Assembly (NCBI RefSeq): GCF_963921235.1
Contig: NC_086097.1
Location: forward strand, 228,596,001-228,660,000
Length of the DNA: 64,000 nt
Reading direction: 5' to 3'
Source of the DNA: Mobula hypostoma
Taxonomy: Eukaryota
The number at the start of each line of letters is the position of its first letter. The first letter of the stretch is position 1. Under the pieces are notes generated by a model that was not told the DNA's origin, did no database searches, and worked only from the letters and a program-made list of their open reading frames with translations. A program made the translations under genes and the position numbers. Below are positions 12,935-24,879 of this stretch, one piece after another.

Positions 12935-14550
12935 ATGGTGGTGTCTGAAAAGAGGATGCTGTCTAAGTTGCATGCCATCTTGGTCAATGTCTCCCATCCA
13001 CTACATAATGGACTGGTTGGGCACAGGAGTACATTCAGCCAGAGACTCATTCCACCAAGATGCAACACAGAGCGTCATAGGAAGTCATTCCTGCCAGTGG
13101 CCATCAAACTTTACAACTCCTCCCTTGGAGGGTCAGACACCCTGTGCCGATAGGCTGATCCTGGACTTATTTCATAACTTACTGGATAATTTACATAGTA
13201 CTATTTAAGGTTCTATTTCCATTCATAGAATTTTTTGAGGATGTAACTAGTAGAGTGGATAGGGGAGAACCAGTGGATGTGGTATATTTGGATTTTCAAA
13301 AGGCTTTTGACAAGGTCCCACACAGGAGATTAGTGCGCAAACTTAAAGCACACGGTATTGGGGGTGAGGTATTGATGTGGATAGAGAATTGGTTAGCAGT
13401 CAGGAAGCAAAGAGTGGGAATAAACGGGACCTTTTCAGAATGGCAGGCAGTGACTAGTGGCGTACCGCAAGGCTCAGTGCTGGGACCCCAGTTGTTTACA
13501 ATATATATTAATGACTTGGATGAGGGAATTAAATGCAGCATCTCCAAGTTTGCGGATGACACGAAGCTGGGCGGCAGTGTTAGCTGTGAGAAGGATGCTA
13601 AGAGGATGCAGGGTGACTTGGATAGGTTGGGTGAGTGGGCAAATACATGGCAGATGCAATTTAATGTGGATAAATGTGAAGTTATCCACTTTGGTGGCAA
13701 AAATAGGAAAACAGATTATTATCTGAATGGTAGGCGATTAGGAAAAGGGGAGGTGCAACGAGACCTGGGTGTCATTATACACCAGTCATTGAAAGTGGGC
13801 ATGCAGGTACAGCAGGCGGTGAAAAAGGCAAATGGTATGCTGGCATTTATAGCAAGAGGATTCGAGTACAGGAGCAGGGAGGTACTACTGCAGTTGTACA
13901 AGGCCTTGGTGAGACCACACCTGGAGTATTGTGTGCAGTTTTGGTCCCCTAATCTGAGGAAAGACATCCTTGCCATAGAGGGAGTACAAAGAAGGTTCAC
14001 CAGATTGATTCCTGGGATGGCAGGACTTTCATATGAAGAAAGACTGGATGAACTAGGCTTGTACTCGTTGGAATTTAGAAGATTGAGGGGAGATCTGATT
14101 GAAACGTATAAAATCCTAAAGGGATTGGACAGGCTAGATGCAGGAAGATTGTTCCCGATGTTGGGGAAGTCCAGAACGAGGGGTCACGGTTTGAGGATAA
14201 AGGCGAAGCCTTTTAGGACTGAGATTAGGAAAAACTTCTTCACACAGAGAGTGGTGAATCTGTGGAATTCTCTGCCACAGGAAACAATTGAGGCCAGTTC
14301 ATTGGCTATATTTAAGAGGGAGTTAGATTTGGCCCTTGTGGCTACAGGGATCAGCGGGTATGGAGGGAAGGCTGGTGCAGGGTTCTGAGTTGGATGATCA
14401 GCCATGATCATAATAAATAGCGGTGCAGGCTCGAAGGGCCGAGTGGCCTACTCCTGCACCTACTTTCTATGTTTCTATGTTATTATTTATGGTGCAACTG
14501 TAACGAAAACCAATCTCCCCCTGGGATCAATAAAGTATGACTATGACTGT
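12935..14550 (+). mobile_element. Rex1/Babar 3' fragment (same family as 43368-45870), interrupted by a CR1
   Basis: VVSEKRMLSKLHAIL...RKSFLPVAIKLYN matches 45507-45725. The AATAAAG(TATGAC)n tail resumes at ~14482-14550. Confidence 0.93.
13223..14481 (+). mobile_element. Young CR1 3' portion with uninterrupted RT frame (13225-14388)
   Basis: [23 protein letters not shown] and KFADD are present. The 3' UTR matches the other young copies. Confidence 0.97.
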
Positions 14551-14589
14551 AACAAACAAATTACTGTAAGGTGCAACAATGAGAAATGC

Positions 14590-14905
14590 GACAGAGGAAT
14601 AGCGAATTAGTGTCCATGAACTGTTCAGAAATTTGATGACAGACTGGAAGAACCCTTTCCTAAAATGCTGAGTGTGTATCATTATACTCCAGTAGTTCCT
14701 CTTTGGTGGTAGTAATGAGAAAAGGCCATGTCCCAGAGGATGGACATCCTTAAAAATTGATGCCACCTTCCTGAAGCATTGTCTTTTGACAATGTCCTCA
14801 GAGGTGGGACGAGTGGCCACGATGGAGCTGGCTGAGCTTATGACTCTCTGCAACATTTTCCAATCCTGGGCATAGGTGCCTCCATATCAGACAGTCAGAA
14901 TGCTG
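14590..14905 (-). mobile_element. Older Rex1-type LINE 3' fragment
   Basis: ORF 14527-14856 has LQRVISSASSI...VASIFKDVHPLGHGLFSLLP...FFQSVIKFLN. Confidence 0.75.
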
Positions 14906-14912
14906 GTCGCAG

Positions 14913-16230
14913 TGACACAAGTTCAGTGAAGGCCCAAGAGCAGAGGGAAAGACACAGACACAGAATGAACAGTTCACTGAGTTTTAATAGGAACAAAGGA
15001 AAATAATAAACACAAGGCCAACAGGGCCACTAACTAAAATCACTCAAAGTAACTAAAAACTAATACTGTCACTGCGGCTCGAAAACAGTGACCTAGACCT
15101 AAATTAATACCGCCCCTTTACCAGTATCCATCTAAATCACCAATCTTCTTTCCCCAGACGTGGACTAAGCTAAGCAGGGAGCATTGTCATCATTGTACTT
15201 TGACCAAGCCTCGACGACTGAAACTAAAGGAAGGGAGTAAAATTTGGCTGCAAATACCTGTAACCCTTAATTGGCTGGAACGTGTGCATTCTCCCAGGTG
15301 TGATTGACTTCTTTTCTCAGCTGCCTGCCTGCAAGAGTGCACAGAGTCTGTAGCAGTGTCTCTGCAGTTAAGGCAGCTCATGAAGCGCCAGAGGCCTGTG
15401 CCGGCTGGAAGTCCAGGATGAGGGATTTGACCGGGATGTGTTGAGCCGGAAGCCAAGAATGTTTCTCTGCCCCATATCCCTCCCAGTCAATGAGGTATTA
15501 GACACTGTCCCATACCCGGCGAGATGCATCGCACAGATCAGACCAGGGACTCATGCACCAAGCAAAGAGGAAGGGGAGGGGCAGTGACTGGAGCAAGGGG
15601 GTGAGGAAGTCAGCAGCTTGAGCTGGGAAACATTGAACAGAGGGAATATTCCTGGATGATGGTAGGCATAGCCTATTGGAGGCTCTCTCTCTCTCCACTA
15701 CAAATGGTCCCATGTTGCGTGGAGCCAACTTGTGGCTTTCTATTTTCAGTGGAAGATCTCTGGACACCAGCCAGACTTTTTGCCCTGGCCTGAGAGGCCT
15801 CACCTGTCTGGGCATAGTGTTTCTGGGTGCACAGCACAGAAACCCTGGTACATCTCAGTTGGGAACTCCAGGTTGTGGGGTTAGGAGGGACAAGGCAACG
15901 CAGGGTTGTCTCCAACTCCTGATTCACTCTCGCAATCTGGACATTAGATTGGGGGCGGTAACCTGATGAGAGGTTGGCTGTGGATCCCAAAAGAGAACAA
16001 AGAACCTTCCAGAAACAGAACATGATCTGTGGCCCTCCATCAGACACTATGTCCTGAGGGAAGATGTGCAGCCTGAACCACAAGGTTGGCCGTCTCATGA
16101 GTGAAGGGAGCTTGGGGAGAGCAATGAAGTGGGCTGCTTTAGAAAATCGGTCCACAATTACCAGAGTGATACTGTCCCCATCTGATGGAGACAGACCAGT
16201 GATGAAATCCACCATGAGGTCGGACCAGTA
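14913..16230 (-). mobile_element. Ty3/Gypsy chromovirus-like (Sushi/Tf-type) remnant: integrase core, GPF motif, chromodomain, probable 3' LTR (~14913-15355)
   Basis: DFITGL..VIVDRFSKAAHFIALPKLPS, DIVSDGGPQ and KLAPRNMGPF are present. 15378-15497 translates [21 protein letters not shown]. The LTR-like segment has ATTAAA and ends ...TGTCA. Confidence 0.85.
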
Positions 16231-16395
16231 ATATGTAAATAATAATAATAATAATAGATAAATAAGTAACTAAATAATACTGAGAACATGAGTTGTAAAG
16301 TCCTTGAAAGTGAATCCATAGTTGTAGAAGCAGTTCAATGTTGAGGCAAGTGAAGTTATGCCCTCTGGTTCAGAAATCTGATGGTCAAATCTGAT

Positions 16396-17097
16396 GATAC
16401 ATCCCTCAAGGTCGCTGCACATAGGATGATAGGATGTTGATAGGATAGTTAAGAAGGCCTATGGGATGCTGGGCTTCATTAATAGGGAGATTGAGTTCAA
16501 GCGTAGAGAGGTCATGTTGCAACTCTACAAATCTCTGGTGAGACCACACTTAAAAGTATTGTGTTCAGTTCTGGTCACCTCATTATAGGAAGGATGTGGA
16601 AGCTACGGAAAGGGTGCAGAGGAGATTTACCAGGATGTTGCCTGGATTGGGAAACAAGTCTTATGAGAGGCAAGGTTAGCAGAGTTGGGACTTTTCTCTT
16701 TGGAGCGTAGAAGGATGAGAGGGGACTTGATAGAGGTCTACAAGATTATGAGAGGCATAGATAGGGTGGATAGCCAGTACCTGTTTCCCAGGGCACGAAT
16801 TGCAAACACCAGAGGGCATATGTACAAAGTTAAGGGAGGGAAGTTTAGGGGAGACATTAGGGGTAAGTTTTTTTACACAGAGGGTTGTGGGTGCCTGGAA
16901 TGACTTGCCAGGGATGGTGGTGGAGGCTAAAACATTAGGGGTATTTAAGAGCCTCTTGGACAGGCACATGGATAAAGAAAAATAGAGGGTTATGGGGTAG
17001 TGTGGGTTTAGTACGTTTTCTTTTAAGGAATATATGGGTCGACAGAACATCGAGGGCCAAAGGGCCTGTACCGTGCTGTAGTACTCTAGTGTCTAGT
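16396..17097 (+). mobile_element. CR1 3' fragment inserted in a minus-strand Rex1-type 3' UTR (~16230-17140)
   Basis: LGLFSLERRRMRGDLIEVYKIM and FFTQRVVGAWN are present, with a TCTAGTG-repeat tail. Confidence 0.9.
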
Positions 17098-17880
17098 GTC
17101 AAATGGTAGAAACTGTTCTTGATCCTGGTGGTGTTGGACAGGCAGCAAATATCCAAGTGTCAATGAGAATCTGGTATTGGTATTGGTTTAATATTTTCAC
17201 ATGTATCAAGATACAGTGAAAACCCTGTCTTGCGCATTGTTTAGGACCATCTATTTCAAATGTGAGATTAAAACAGTCTGTGTAGACTGCAGTTTCGTCC
17301 TTGAATTGCAGACAGAAATGAAATTAATTCAGAATGAACTTCTGTCCAGACCTCTTCAAAATAAATTCTACAACAGCAGCTTTTCTCGTTGCAAGCTATC
17401 CCTTATGATGTTATATGTTATTGTCAAGTCCTCTGATTTCAAAGTCTGGTTAGTCTAGCGGCATACAAATGAAAAAGCCTGGATATCTGATTGATGATGC
17501 TTTTGATACCAAGCTGCTGTCTGTCTATAACTTGCGATTGATTTCAGCCCTGTGGTTTTAATGCTTAATCGTTTTATACATCACGAAAATGGTCGGCTGC
17601 ATGTGCTATAGGTAAAACAGTAAACATATGGATATTGAGGGTTTGAATAGAAAACTACATTCTGCTGAAGGCTGATAAATCGAAATCATAAAAATGGTGC
17701 TGGGTTTCAGCAAGGTCTCAAGAACAGCAAGGCACTTTGATGAATGACCTCGTGTTGGCACATATTATTTTTTCACTTTTTATAACAACAGCATTGAGAA
17801 GCAAGCTTTAGAACCAGCTGCACACATCAAAGTTGCTGGTGAACGCAGAAGGCCAAGCAGCATCTGTAGGAAGAGGTGCA

Positions 17881-17920
17881 GTCGACATTTCAGGCCGAGA
17901 CCCTTCGTCAGGACTAACTG
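17881..17920 (-). ncRNA. Minimal type-I hammerhead ribozyme, stem III variant (TG for CG)
   Basis: Minus strand: AGTC-CTGACGA-AGG gtctcgg CCT-GAAA-TG-TC-GACT. Confidence 0.75.
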
Positions 17921-18214
17921 AAGGAAGAGTGAGTAAGGGATTTGAAAGTTGGAGGGGGAGGGGGAGATCCAAAATGATAGGAGAAGACAGGAGGGGGAAG
18001 GATGGAGCCAAGAGCTGGACAGGTGATAGGCAAAAGGGGATACGAGAGGATCATGGGACAGGAGGTCCGGGAAGAAAGACAAGGAGGGGGAGGGAGGACC
18101 CAGAAGATGGGCAAGAGGTATATTCAGAGGGACAGAGCGAGAAAAAGGAGAGTGAGAGAAAGAATGTGTGCATAAAAATGAGTAACAGATGGGGTACGAG
18201 GGGGAGGTGGGGCC

Positions 18215-20210
18215 TTAGCGGAAGTTAGAGAAGTCTATGTTCATGCCATCAGGTTGGAGGCTACCCAGATGGAATATAAGGTGTTGTTCCTCCAACCTGA
18301 GTGTGGCTTCATCTTTACAGTAGAGGAGGTCGTAGATAGACATGTCAGAATGGGAATGGGATGTGGAATTAAAATGTGTGGCCACTGGGAGATCCTGCTT
18401 TCTCTGGCAGACAGAGCGTAGATGTTCAGCAAAGCGGTCTCCCAGTCTGCGTCGGGTCTCACCAATATATAAAAGGCCACATCGGGAGCACTGGACGCAG
18501 TATATCACCCCAGTCGACTCACAGGTGAAGTGTTGCCTCACCTGGAAGGACTGTTTGGGGCCCTGAATGGTGGTAAGGGAGGAAGTGTAAGGGCATGTGT
18601 AGCACTTGTTCTGCTTACACGGATAAGTGCCAGGAGGGAGATCAGTGGGGAGGGATGGGGGGGACGAATGGACAAGGGAGTTGTGTAGGGAGCGATCCCT
18701 GCGGAATGCAGAGAGAGGCGGGGAGGGAAAGATGTGCTTAGTGGTGGGATCCCGTTGGAGGTGGCGGAAGTTACGGAGACTAATATGTTGAACCCGGAGG
18801 CTGGTGGGGTGGTAGGTGAGGACCAGGGGAACCCTATTCCTAGTGGGGTGGCGGGAGGATGGAGTGAGAGCAGATGTACATGAAATGGGGGAAATGCATT
18901 TAAGAGCAGAGTTGATAGTGGAGGAAGGGAAGCCCCTTTCTTTAAAAAATGAAGACATCTCCCTCGTCCTAGAATGAAAAGCCTCATCCTGAGAGCAGAT
19001 GCGGCGGAGACAGAGGAATTGTGAGAAGGGGATGGCGTTTTTGCAAGAGACAGGGTGAAAAGAGGAATAGTCCAGATAGCTGTGAGAGTCAGTAGACTTA
19101 TAGTAGACATCAGTGGATAAGCTGTCTCCAGAGACAGAGACAGAAAGATCTAAAAAGGGGAGGGAGGTGTCGGAAATGGACCAGGTAAACTTGAGGGCAA
19201 GGTGAAAGTTGGAGGCAAAGTGAATAAAGTCAACGAATTCTGCATGCGTGCAGGAAGCAGCGCCAATGCAGTCGTCGATGTAGCGAAGGAAAAGTGGGGG
19301 ACAGATACCAGAATAGGCACGGAACATAGATTGTTCCACAAACCCAACAAAAAGGCAGGCATAGCTAGGACCCATACGGGTGCCCATAGCTACACCTTTA
19401 GTTTGGAGGAAGTGGGAGGAGCCAAAGGAGAAATTATTAAGAGTAAGGACTAATTCCGCTAGACGGAGCAGAGTGGTGGTAGAGGGGAACTGATTAGGTC
19501 TGGAATCCAAAAAGAAGCGTAGAGCTTTGAGACCTTCCTGATGGGGGATGGAAGTATATAAGGACTGGACATCCATGGTGAAAATAAAGCAGTGGGGGCC
19601 AGGGAACCTAAAATCATCGAAAAGTTTAAGAGCGTGAGAAGTGTCACGAACATAGGTCGGAAGGGATTGAACAAGAGGTGATAAAACAGTGTCGAGGTAT
19701 GCAGAAATGAGTTCGGTGGGGCAGGAGCAAGCTGAGACAATAGGTCGGCCAGGACAGGCAGGTTTGTGGATCTTGGGTAGGAGGTAGAAACGGGAAGTGC
19801 AGGGTGTGGGAACTATAAGGTTGGTAGCAGTGGATGGGAGATCCCCTGAGCGGATAAAGTCGATGATGGTGTGGGAGACAATGGCCTGGTGCTCCTTAGT
19901 GGGGTCACGATCGAGGAGTAAATAAGAGGAGGTATCCGCAAGTTGTCGCTGTGCCTCGGCAAGGTAGAGGTCAGTACGCCAGACTACAACAGCACCCCCC
20001 TTATCGGCGGGTTTAATAATAAGGTTAGCATTAGTGCGGAGGGAGTGGAGAGCAGAGCGTTCCGAAGGAGTGAGGTTGGAATGGGGACAAGGTGCGGTGA
20101 AGTCGAGACGGTTGATGTCCCGTCGGCAGTTAGCAATAAAGAGATCCAGAGCAGGCAGAAGACCAGAGCGGGGTGTCCATGAAGAAGAGGAGGGTTGAAG
20201 ACGGGAGAAG
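18215..20210 (-). CDS. PLE reverse transcriptase / GIY-YIG endonuclease, N-terminally truncated but uninterrupted (~665 codons)
   Basis: This is the genuine part of ORF-track entry 18215..20359. The first ~50 aa of that entry come from flank, tail and junction repeats. Confidence 0.88.
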
Positions 20211-20290
20211 GTGTCTCCATGAAGAAGAGGAGGGTTGAAGACGGGAGAAGGGGTCTCCATGAAGAAGAGGAGGGTTGAAGACGGGAGAAG
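20171..20290. repeat. Three tandem 40-bp units at the PLE inversion junction
   Basis: Core TCCATGAAGAAGAGGAGGGTTGAAGACGGGAGAAG repeated with a 40-bp period. Confidence 0.95.
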
Positions 20291-21679
20291 GTGTGTTGCT
20301 TGAATTTCCAGCATCTGCAGAATTCCTGTTGTTTTAGAACCAGCTGAAAGTTTTCTCATCCAGGGTAAATCAGTAGGAGTTAAAGCATGCTGTTTGGGTT
20401 ATATTCACTGGTATACCATTTTCTATTTACTGGTGAGGAATTCATAAAGCATTTTGAGAAACATTCTTAGCCCTTTCGGTGAAGAAACAAAGCAAGAATC
20501 ATCAACAGCTGCCTGGTCGGGTTATTCTGCCAATTTGGTTCCAAATGTTTTTTAGTGATTCATTCTGGCATTTTGCAATGTTCTTGCTCAATAGGGACAT
20601 TTGATTAGTCTCCATGCCGAAGGGCAGAAACACATTCTAAACGTCAGTCAAATAAAGGTTTCCATTTAACAAGCCTTACAGTCCAGTAAACATCTAAAGG
20701 TAAAATTCCACTGGCACCTGGTCTTGGGTGTGAAGTTGAGGATGCAGTCTTGGGGTTCAAAACAAACTGAGGAAGATCTGGGCTTTTGCGGTTCCCAACA
20801 GATGTTGGCATTCTTGATAAATTTTGGAGTATTTTTGTTCACTGTTAATGGGTCTAGGTTGTGTCTCTGAATGGTTTGAATCAATAATATGTAAACAAAC
20901 ACAAGTATTGTGAAGTTAAAGTGAAGAGGAATCTTGCTCTCGCAGCTTCACAGGATCAATTCCTCCCCTACACAAATATTAACTTCTGCTGTTGTGATCA
21001 TCATTCAATTCCCAGACCACCGAAGTGCTGTGAAAGAGGCAGTCACATCAGCCTCCACGTTCCAACATTCAACATGCTGTACTCCTGCACAGTGGAATTT
21101 GCAAAGAACCCTCTAATAAGTCTTATAACTAGTCTGTCAAGTGGAAATAATTCGTCTCCATTTATCCCAAAGCTAAGCAAAGCGGAGAGAAATCCTCAGT
21201 ATATCAGCTTTGATAAACTTGTTTTGATATTTTGAAACTGGATCTTGATTTTGCAGGTCCCCTGGTAATATTCATATGTGAAAATCCTTTCACAAGTGGT
21301 TGGTCAATAATCAGACAGTTATTACCACACACACACAAAGAAAAAATCCTTTTCATCTGCGGCACTGACACCTAGCAGCAGTAGAGTCAGCTCACTCACT
21401 AACACATCTAGGCAGCATTATCTTCAATAATGGAATTGTTCGCAATGAGGTTACCAGCTATATCAAGCAAGCAAACATGTTCTTTGGGCACCTGTTCACA
21501 GGATTTATAACATAGAGACGTAGCTCAAGCTTGAGACTGTCAATCACTTATCTCCTCTGCCTGCAGTGTGGCCCTGAGACTCGTTCAGCCACGGAAACTA
21601 TTTCAGTAGATCCTGCACATGGGCCCTCTGCATCTTCATAAATATTAACAAGTAGGATTACAAGTATAACTGTTTTTTT

Positions 21680-22015
21680 TGTGAGGGATGAGAGCTGGAG
21701 GTTTGGGGTTTCACGTTCTAGCTGCCGGTTTTTGTGTGGTTAGTTTTTTGTGCAAGGGAGGGGTTGGGGTTTTGAGGTTTAATGTCCTAGCTGCCGTTTT
21801 CTATGTGGGCAATCTTTTAGCTTTTGTGTGTGGGGGTTTGGGGTTTATGAATTTTGTTTCTGTTTCTTTTTCGTGTGGGGGGTGTTCTGGGTTGATGCCT
21901 TTTCTTTCAAGAACTCCCATGTTTCTGCTGTATTTCATGGCTATCTGGAGAAGAGGAATATCAGAGCTGTATTGTAATGCATACTTTAAAAATAAAATGA
22001 ACCTTTGAACCTTTA
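21680..22015 (+). mobile_element. Non-coding Rex1-associated (SINE-like) 3' segment; relatives at ~590-657 (+), 11970-12330 (-), 28905-29640 (-)
   Basis: Shared tail ...CAG(G/A).TGTAT..TG.ATAC...AATAAA..GAAC(TTTGA)n. Family assignment is inference. Confidence 0.55.
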
Positions 22016-22109
22016 TAACTGTAGATAAACAATGGGAAGAACTAACAATATGACTAGAACCTGTCAACATTACCATGAAAGGTAAATGAAAAAGTAAAAG
22101 CTTCAGCTA

Positions 22110-22295
22110 CTGTGCCTAAAAAAGGTATTCACCCCCTTGGAAGTTATCATGTTTTATCATTTTATATCATTGAATCACAGTGGATTTAATTTGGCTTAAC
22201 TCCTTATCCAAATAAAAATAAAATTTAAAAAAAGAAAAAGACTCTTTCATGTCAAAGTGAAAACAAGTCTCTACAAAGTGATCTAAATTAATTAC
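22110..22295 (+). mobile_element. Tc1-like DNA transposon end fragment
   Basis: TA followed by CTGTGCCTAAAAAAGGTATTCACCCCCTTGG, which resembles fish Tc1 TIRs (CAGTGCC..AAAAGTATTCA). Confidence 0.6.
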
Positions 22296-23049
22296 ATGCG
22301 AACAAAGCCTGACAACAACCAATGTGCAGAAGAAGACAAACTGTGCAAATACAAATTAAAACAATAAATGAATGAATTAATTCATTCATTCAATCATTAA
22401 CAGGTAGATAAATAACTAAATAAATAATACTGAAGACATGAGTTGTAGAGTCCTTGAAAGTGAATCCATAGGTTGTATTCATAAGATGATAAGGTATAGG
22501 AGCCATTTGTCCCATCGAGTCTGCTCTGCCATTTCATCATGTCTGATCCATTTTCCCTCTCAGCCCCCAATCTCCTGCCTTCTCCCCATATCCCGTATTC
22601 ATTGATCAGCCTTGTGTTGTGGTGAGTAAAGTTATCCACCCTGGTTCTTCCCCAATGGTTGAAGGATAATATGGCATCAGCATTCTCTTCTGTGGTGGTT
22701 GATCTGCAATGTTTAATTAACTATCAAACACAAAGAAGTGCAGGCAGGTACAGACACCATCATACCCAAATGATCTTATGAAAGATGCTCGTGTGCAGAA
22801 CTGCCTGCGGAGGGAACACAGATGGGGATCACCCTTCTGTCAACTCTTCAAGCCTAGCTTGGTGATGAAAATGCATAAGAGATGCAAGTATAAACAATTT
22901 TTTAAAATCCCTCTGGCAAAACTGCAGGAACAGGATTGAGCAGGGCAGAGCAGGGGTGTATCCATTCAAATAATTGAAGATTAAGAATTACCATCATTTT
23001 TTCTTCCTTCATGTTACTGTCACACGCCATAAGGGTGAAAAAAATAAAA

Positions 23050-23325
23050 CTGTAAGATATAGAAGCAGAATTTTGCATTTGGCCATCAAGTCTGCTCAAC
23101 AAATTCCACAGATTCACCACTCCCTGGCTATGAAAATTCCTCCTCATCACCATTCTAAAAGGATGCCCCTCAATTCCAAGGCTGTACCCTCTGGTCTTAG
23201 ACTTCCCCACCATAGGAAGCAACCTCTCCACATCCACACTATCAAGGCCTTTCAACATTCCATAGGCTTCAATGAGATCACCCCCATTCTTCTGAATTCC
23301 AGTGAGTACAGACCCAGAGCCTTAA
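23050..23325 (-). mobile_element. CR1 3' fragment
   Basis: MLKGLDSVDVERLLPMVGKSKTRGYSL...SQGVVNLWN. Confidence 0.85.
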
Positions 23326-24531
23326 AAAATGGCCATTTATAATCACTAAGACACCCATAAAAGCTTGATTTGTTATAATACATACAAAAACTAGATGTTG
23401 TTTCACATGAACACCTTGCAATAAAATTTCTGTGGATGTAATAAGTACTGTTTTGACCTCTCAGTTTTTCACTATAGCACTTTACAAGCTATTATTTCCT
23501 GGGGATCTCTTTTCCATGAGAATTCTCACTGATTAGTTTGATCCTAATATTTGTCCAGTGTTGAGACACTGAAATGTTAAAGTGGCTCTCTGTGAAAGAG
23601 CTAACAAAACAAACTACTACCAGAAAGGGAATAAGAGTTAAACAAAGGTATCCAGCTTCCACTGAGTGCCAGCCATATGCTGATCTCTGACATGTGATCT
23701 TGGAACAGATAAGAATGAGTAAAATTAGAACAGACTGATAACATATCTCTAGTGACATTGAATACTCAAGAAAGATATATTGAATAAATCCAAGAAAAAT
23801 GGGGTTATAATTAATAGTTTAAATCTTTTTTTTAATCCAAGCTTTTATGAATCACATTTTTCAACAGTATTTTAATGGTCTATAATTTGCTGTGGTGGAG
23901 GATCTTACAGTGTCTTCCATTAGTCAAGCAAATCCATGTTTGTGTAATACAAAACAATAACTTCACCAAGCTAAGCAGACATCAGGGACCTGTGAATCAC
24001 GTTCACCAATCACACTGAAGGTCTGCAAAATTGGCAGCACAAGGAAGTGTAAATAATAGTGAATGAGTTCAATGCCAGATCAGGTGAAGAAAGAGAACTA
24101 TAGAGGAAGAAAGAAAGATTGGACTAACAGAGAGAAAAGGAAAAGAAAGGAAACATTCAAAAATGTGAATTTTTGAGGACCATCACTTGCAATACCCTTC
24201 AAAACATACATCAAAATAACACAGTGCAGTGGGTCGACAGCACTTTCTTGCAGGATGTTCTATTGTCCACTAAGTACAAGGGGTTCTGTGCTGTAGATTT
24301 AGACATGCACAAAGGCCTCTCTTCTGTTGTTCCCTCCCATGAGGGGGAATCGGAATGACAAGGTAAGTGTGCTTGGGACTGGTTTGGCAATAAAATTGAT
24401 GGGAGAGATAATAATCAGAATCATTCAGAGAAAAGAAATCACACACTGTGAGTGAATCATCAAGGATGAAAGAGATGGGTGATCAGATTAAGAAAAACAT
24501 ATTGAAGAACGGATATATTTTTTCCTTAAAG

Positions 24532-24655
24532 GCTATTTCCATCCCCCTATTAATGACCAAGTTGGATTAGACAATTTAACTGATATTGAAGAAAGTCTTA
24601 ACCTTCCTATTCAGGGCTGCTTTCATGGTTGTTGCCCACACCTTCCAAAGGACAG
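24532..24655 (+). CDS. Candidate internal exon A of unidentified host gene (phase 1 to 2): xYFHPPINDQVGLDNLTDIEESLNLPIQGCFHGCCPHLPKD
   Basis: Acceptor ttttttccttaaag and donor CAG|gtacat. Only one frame is open, and the exon lies in a repeat-free island. Confidence 0.6.
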
Positions 24656-24879
24656 GTACATAACATTTCGTGCAAAATGTCAAAAAAGGCACCCAGTACC
24701 ATTTGATGTTATTTGACATAACCAACTGTTGCGTGTGTAAGAGGTGAGTTACTGATGAACAAAGCATCTTGCACAAGTGATCAAAATTTTCAAAGAGCTA
24801 ACACACTGTGTTGTTGATGTAATCAACATAGACATCAGCAAGGCTGTTGACAAGGTCTACATAGGCATCTGGTCCAATG

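Larger units (their letters stand above)
17821..20335 (-). mobile_element. Penelope-like element (Neptune-type, RT + GIY-YIG), 5'-truncated, body inverted relative to a 45-nt terminal tail
   Basis: Open frame ~20210 to 18215 with PADKGG, LPKIHK, MDVQSLYT, GVAMG, RYIDD, a Cys linker (CKQNKCYTC) and GVIY..LYIGET. TSD TTTAGAACCAGCTG at 17807-17820 and 20333-20346. Confidence 0.95.

Noticed and set aside
17312..17611. AG/GT-bounded segments (17312-17448, 17548-17611) as exons
   Set aside because: Phases do not link to exon A, and the second segment has a stop in every frame.
20171..20290. CRISPR-like array
   Set aside because: The repeats are contiguous with no unique spacers, derive from the PLE ORF, and the context is eukaryotic.
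20211..20359. N-terminus of the 714-aa ORF as a real start
   Set aside because: It crosses the flank, TSD, inverted tail and junction repeats, so it is a chance in-frame fusion.
20921..21235. 104-aa ORF in unique DNA
   Set aside because: It has a non-ATG start, no good donor and no recognisable motifs.
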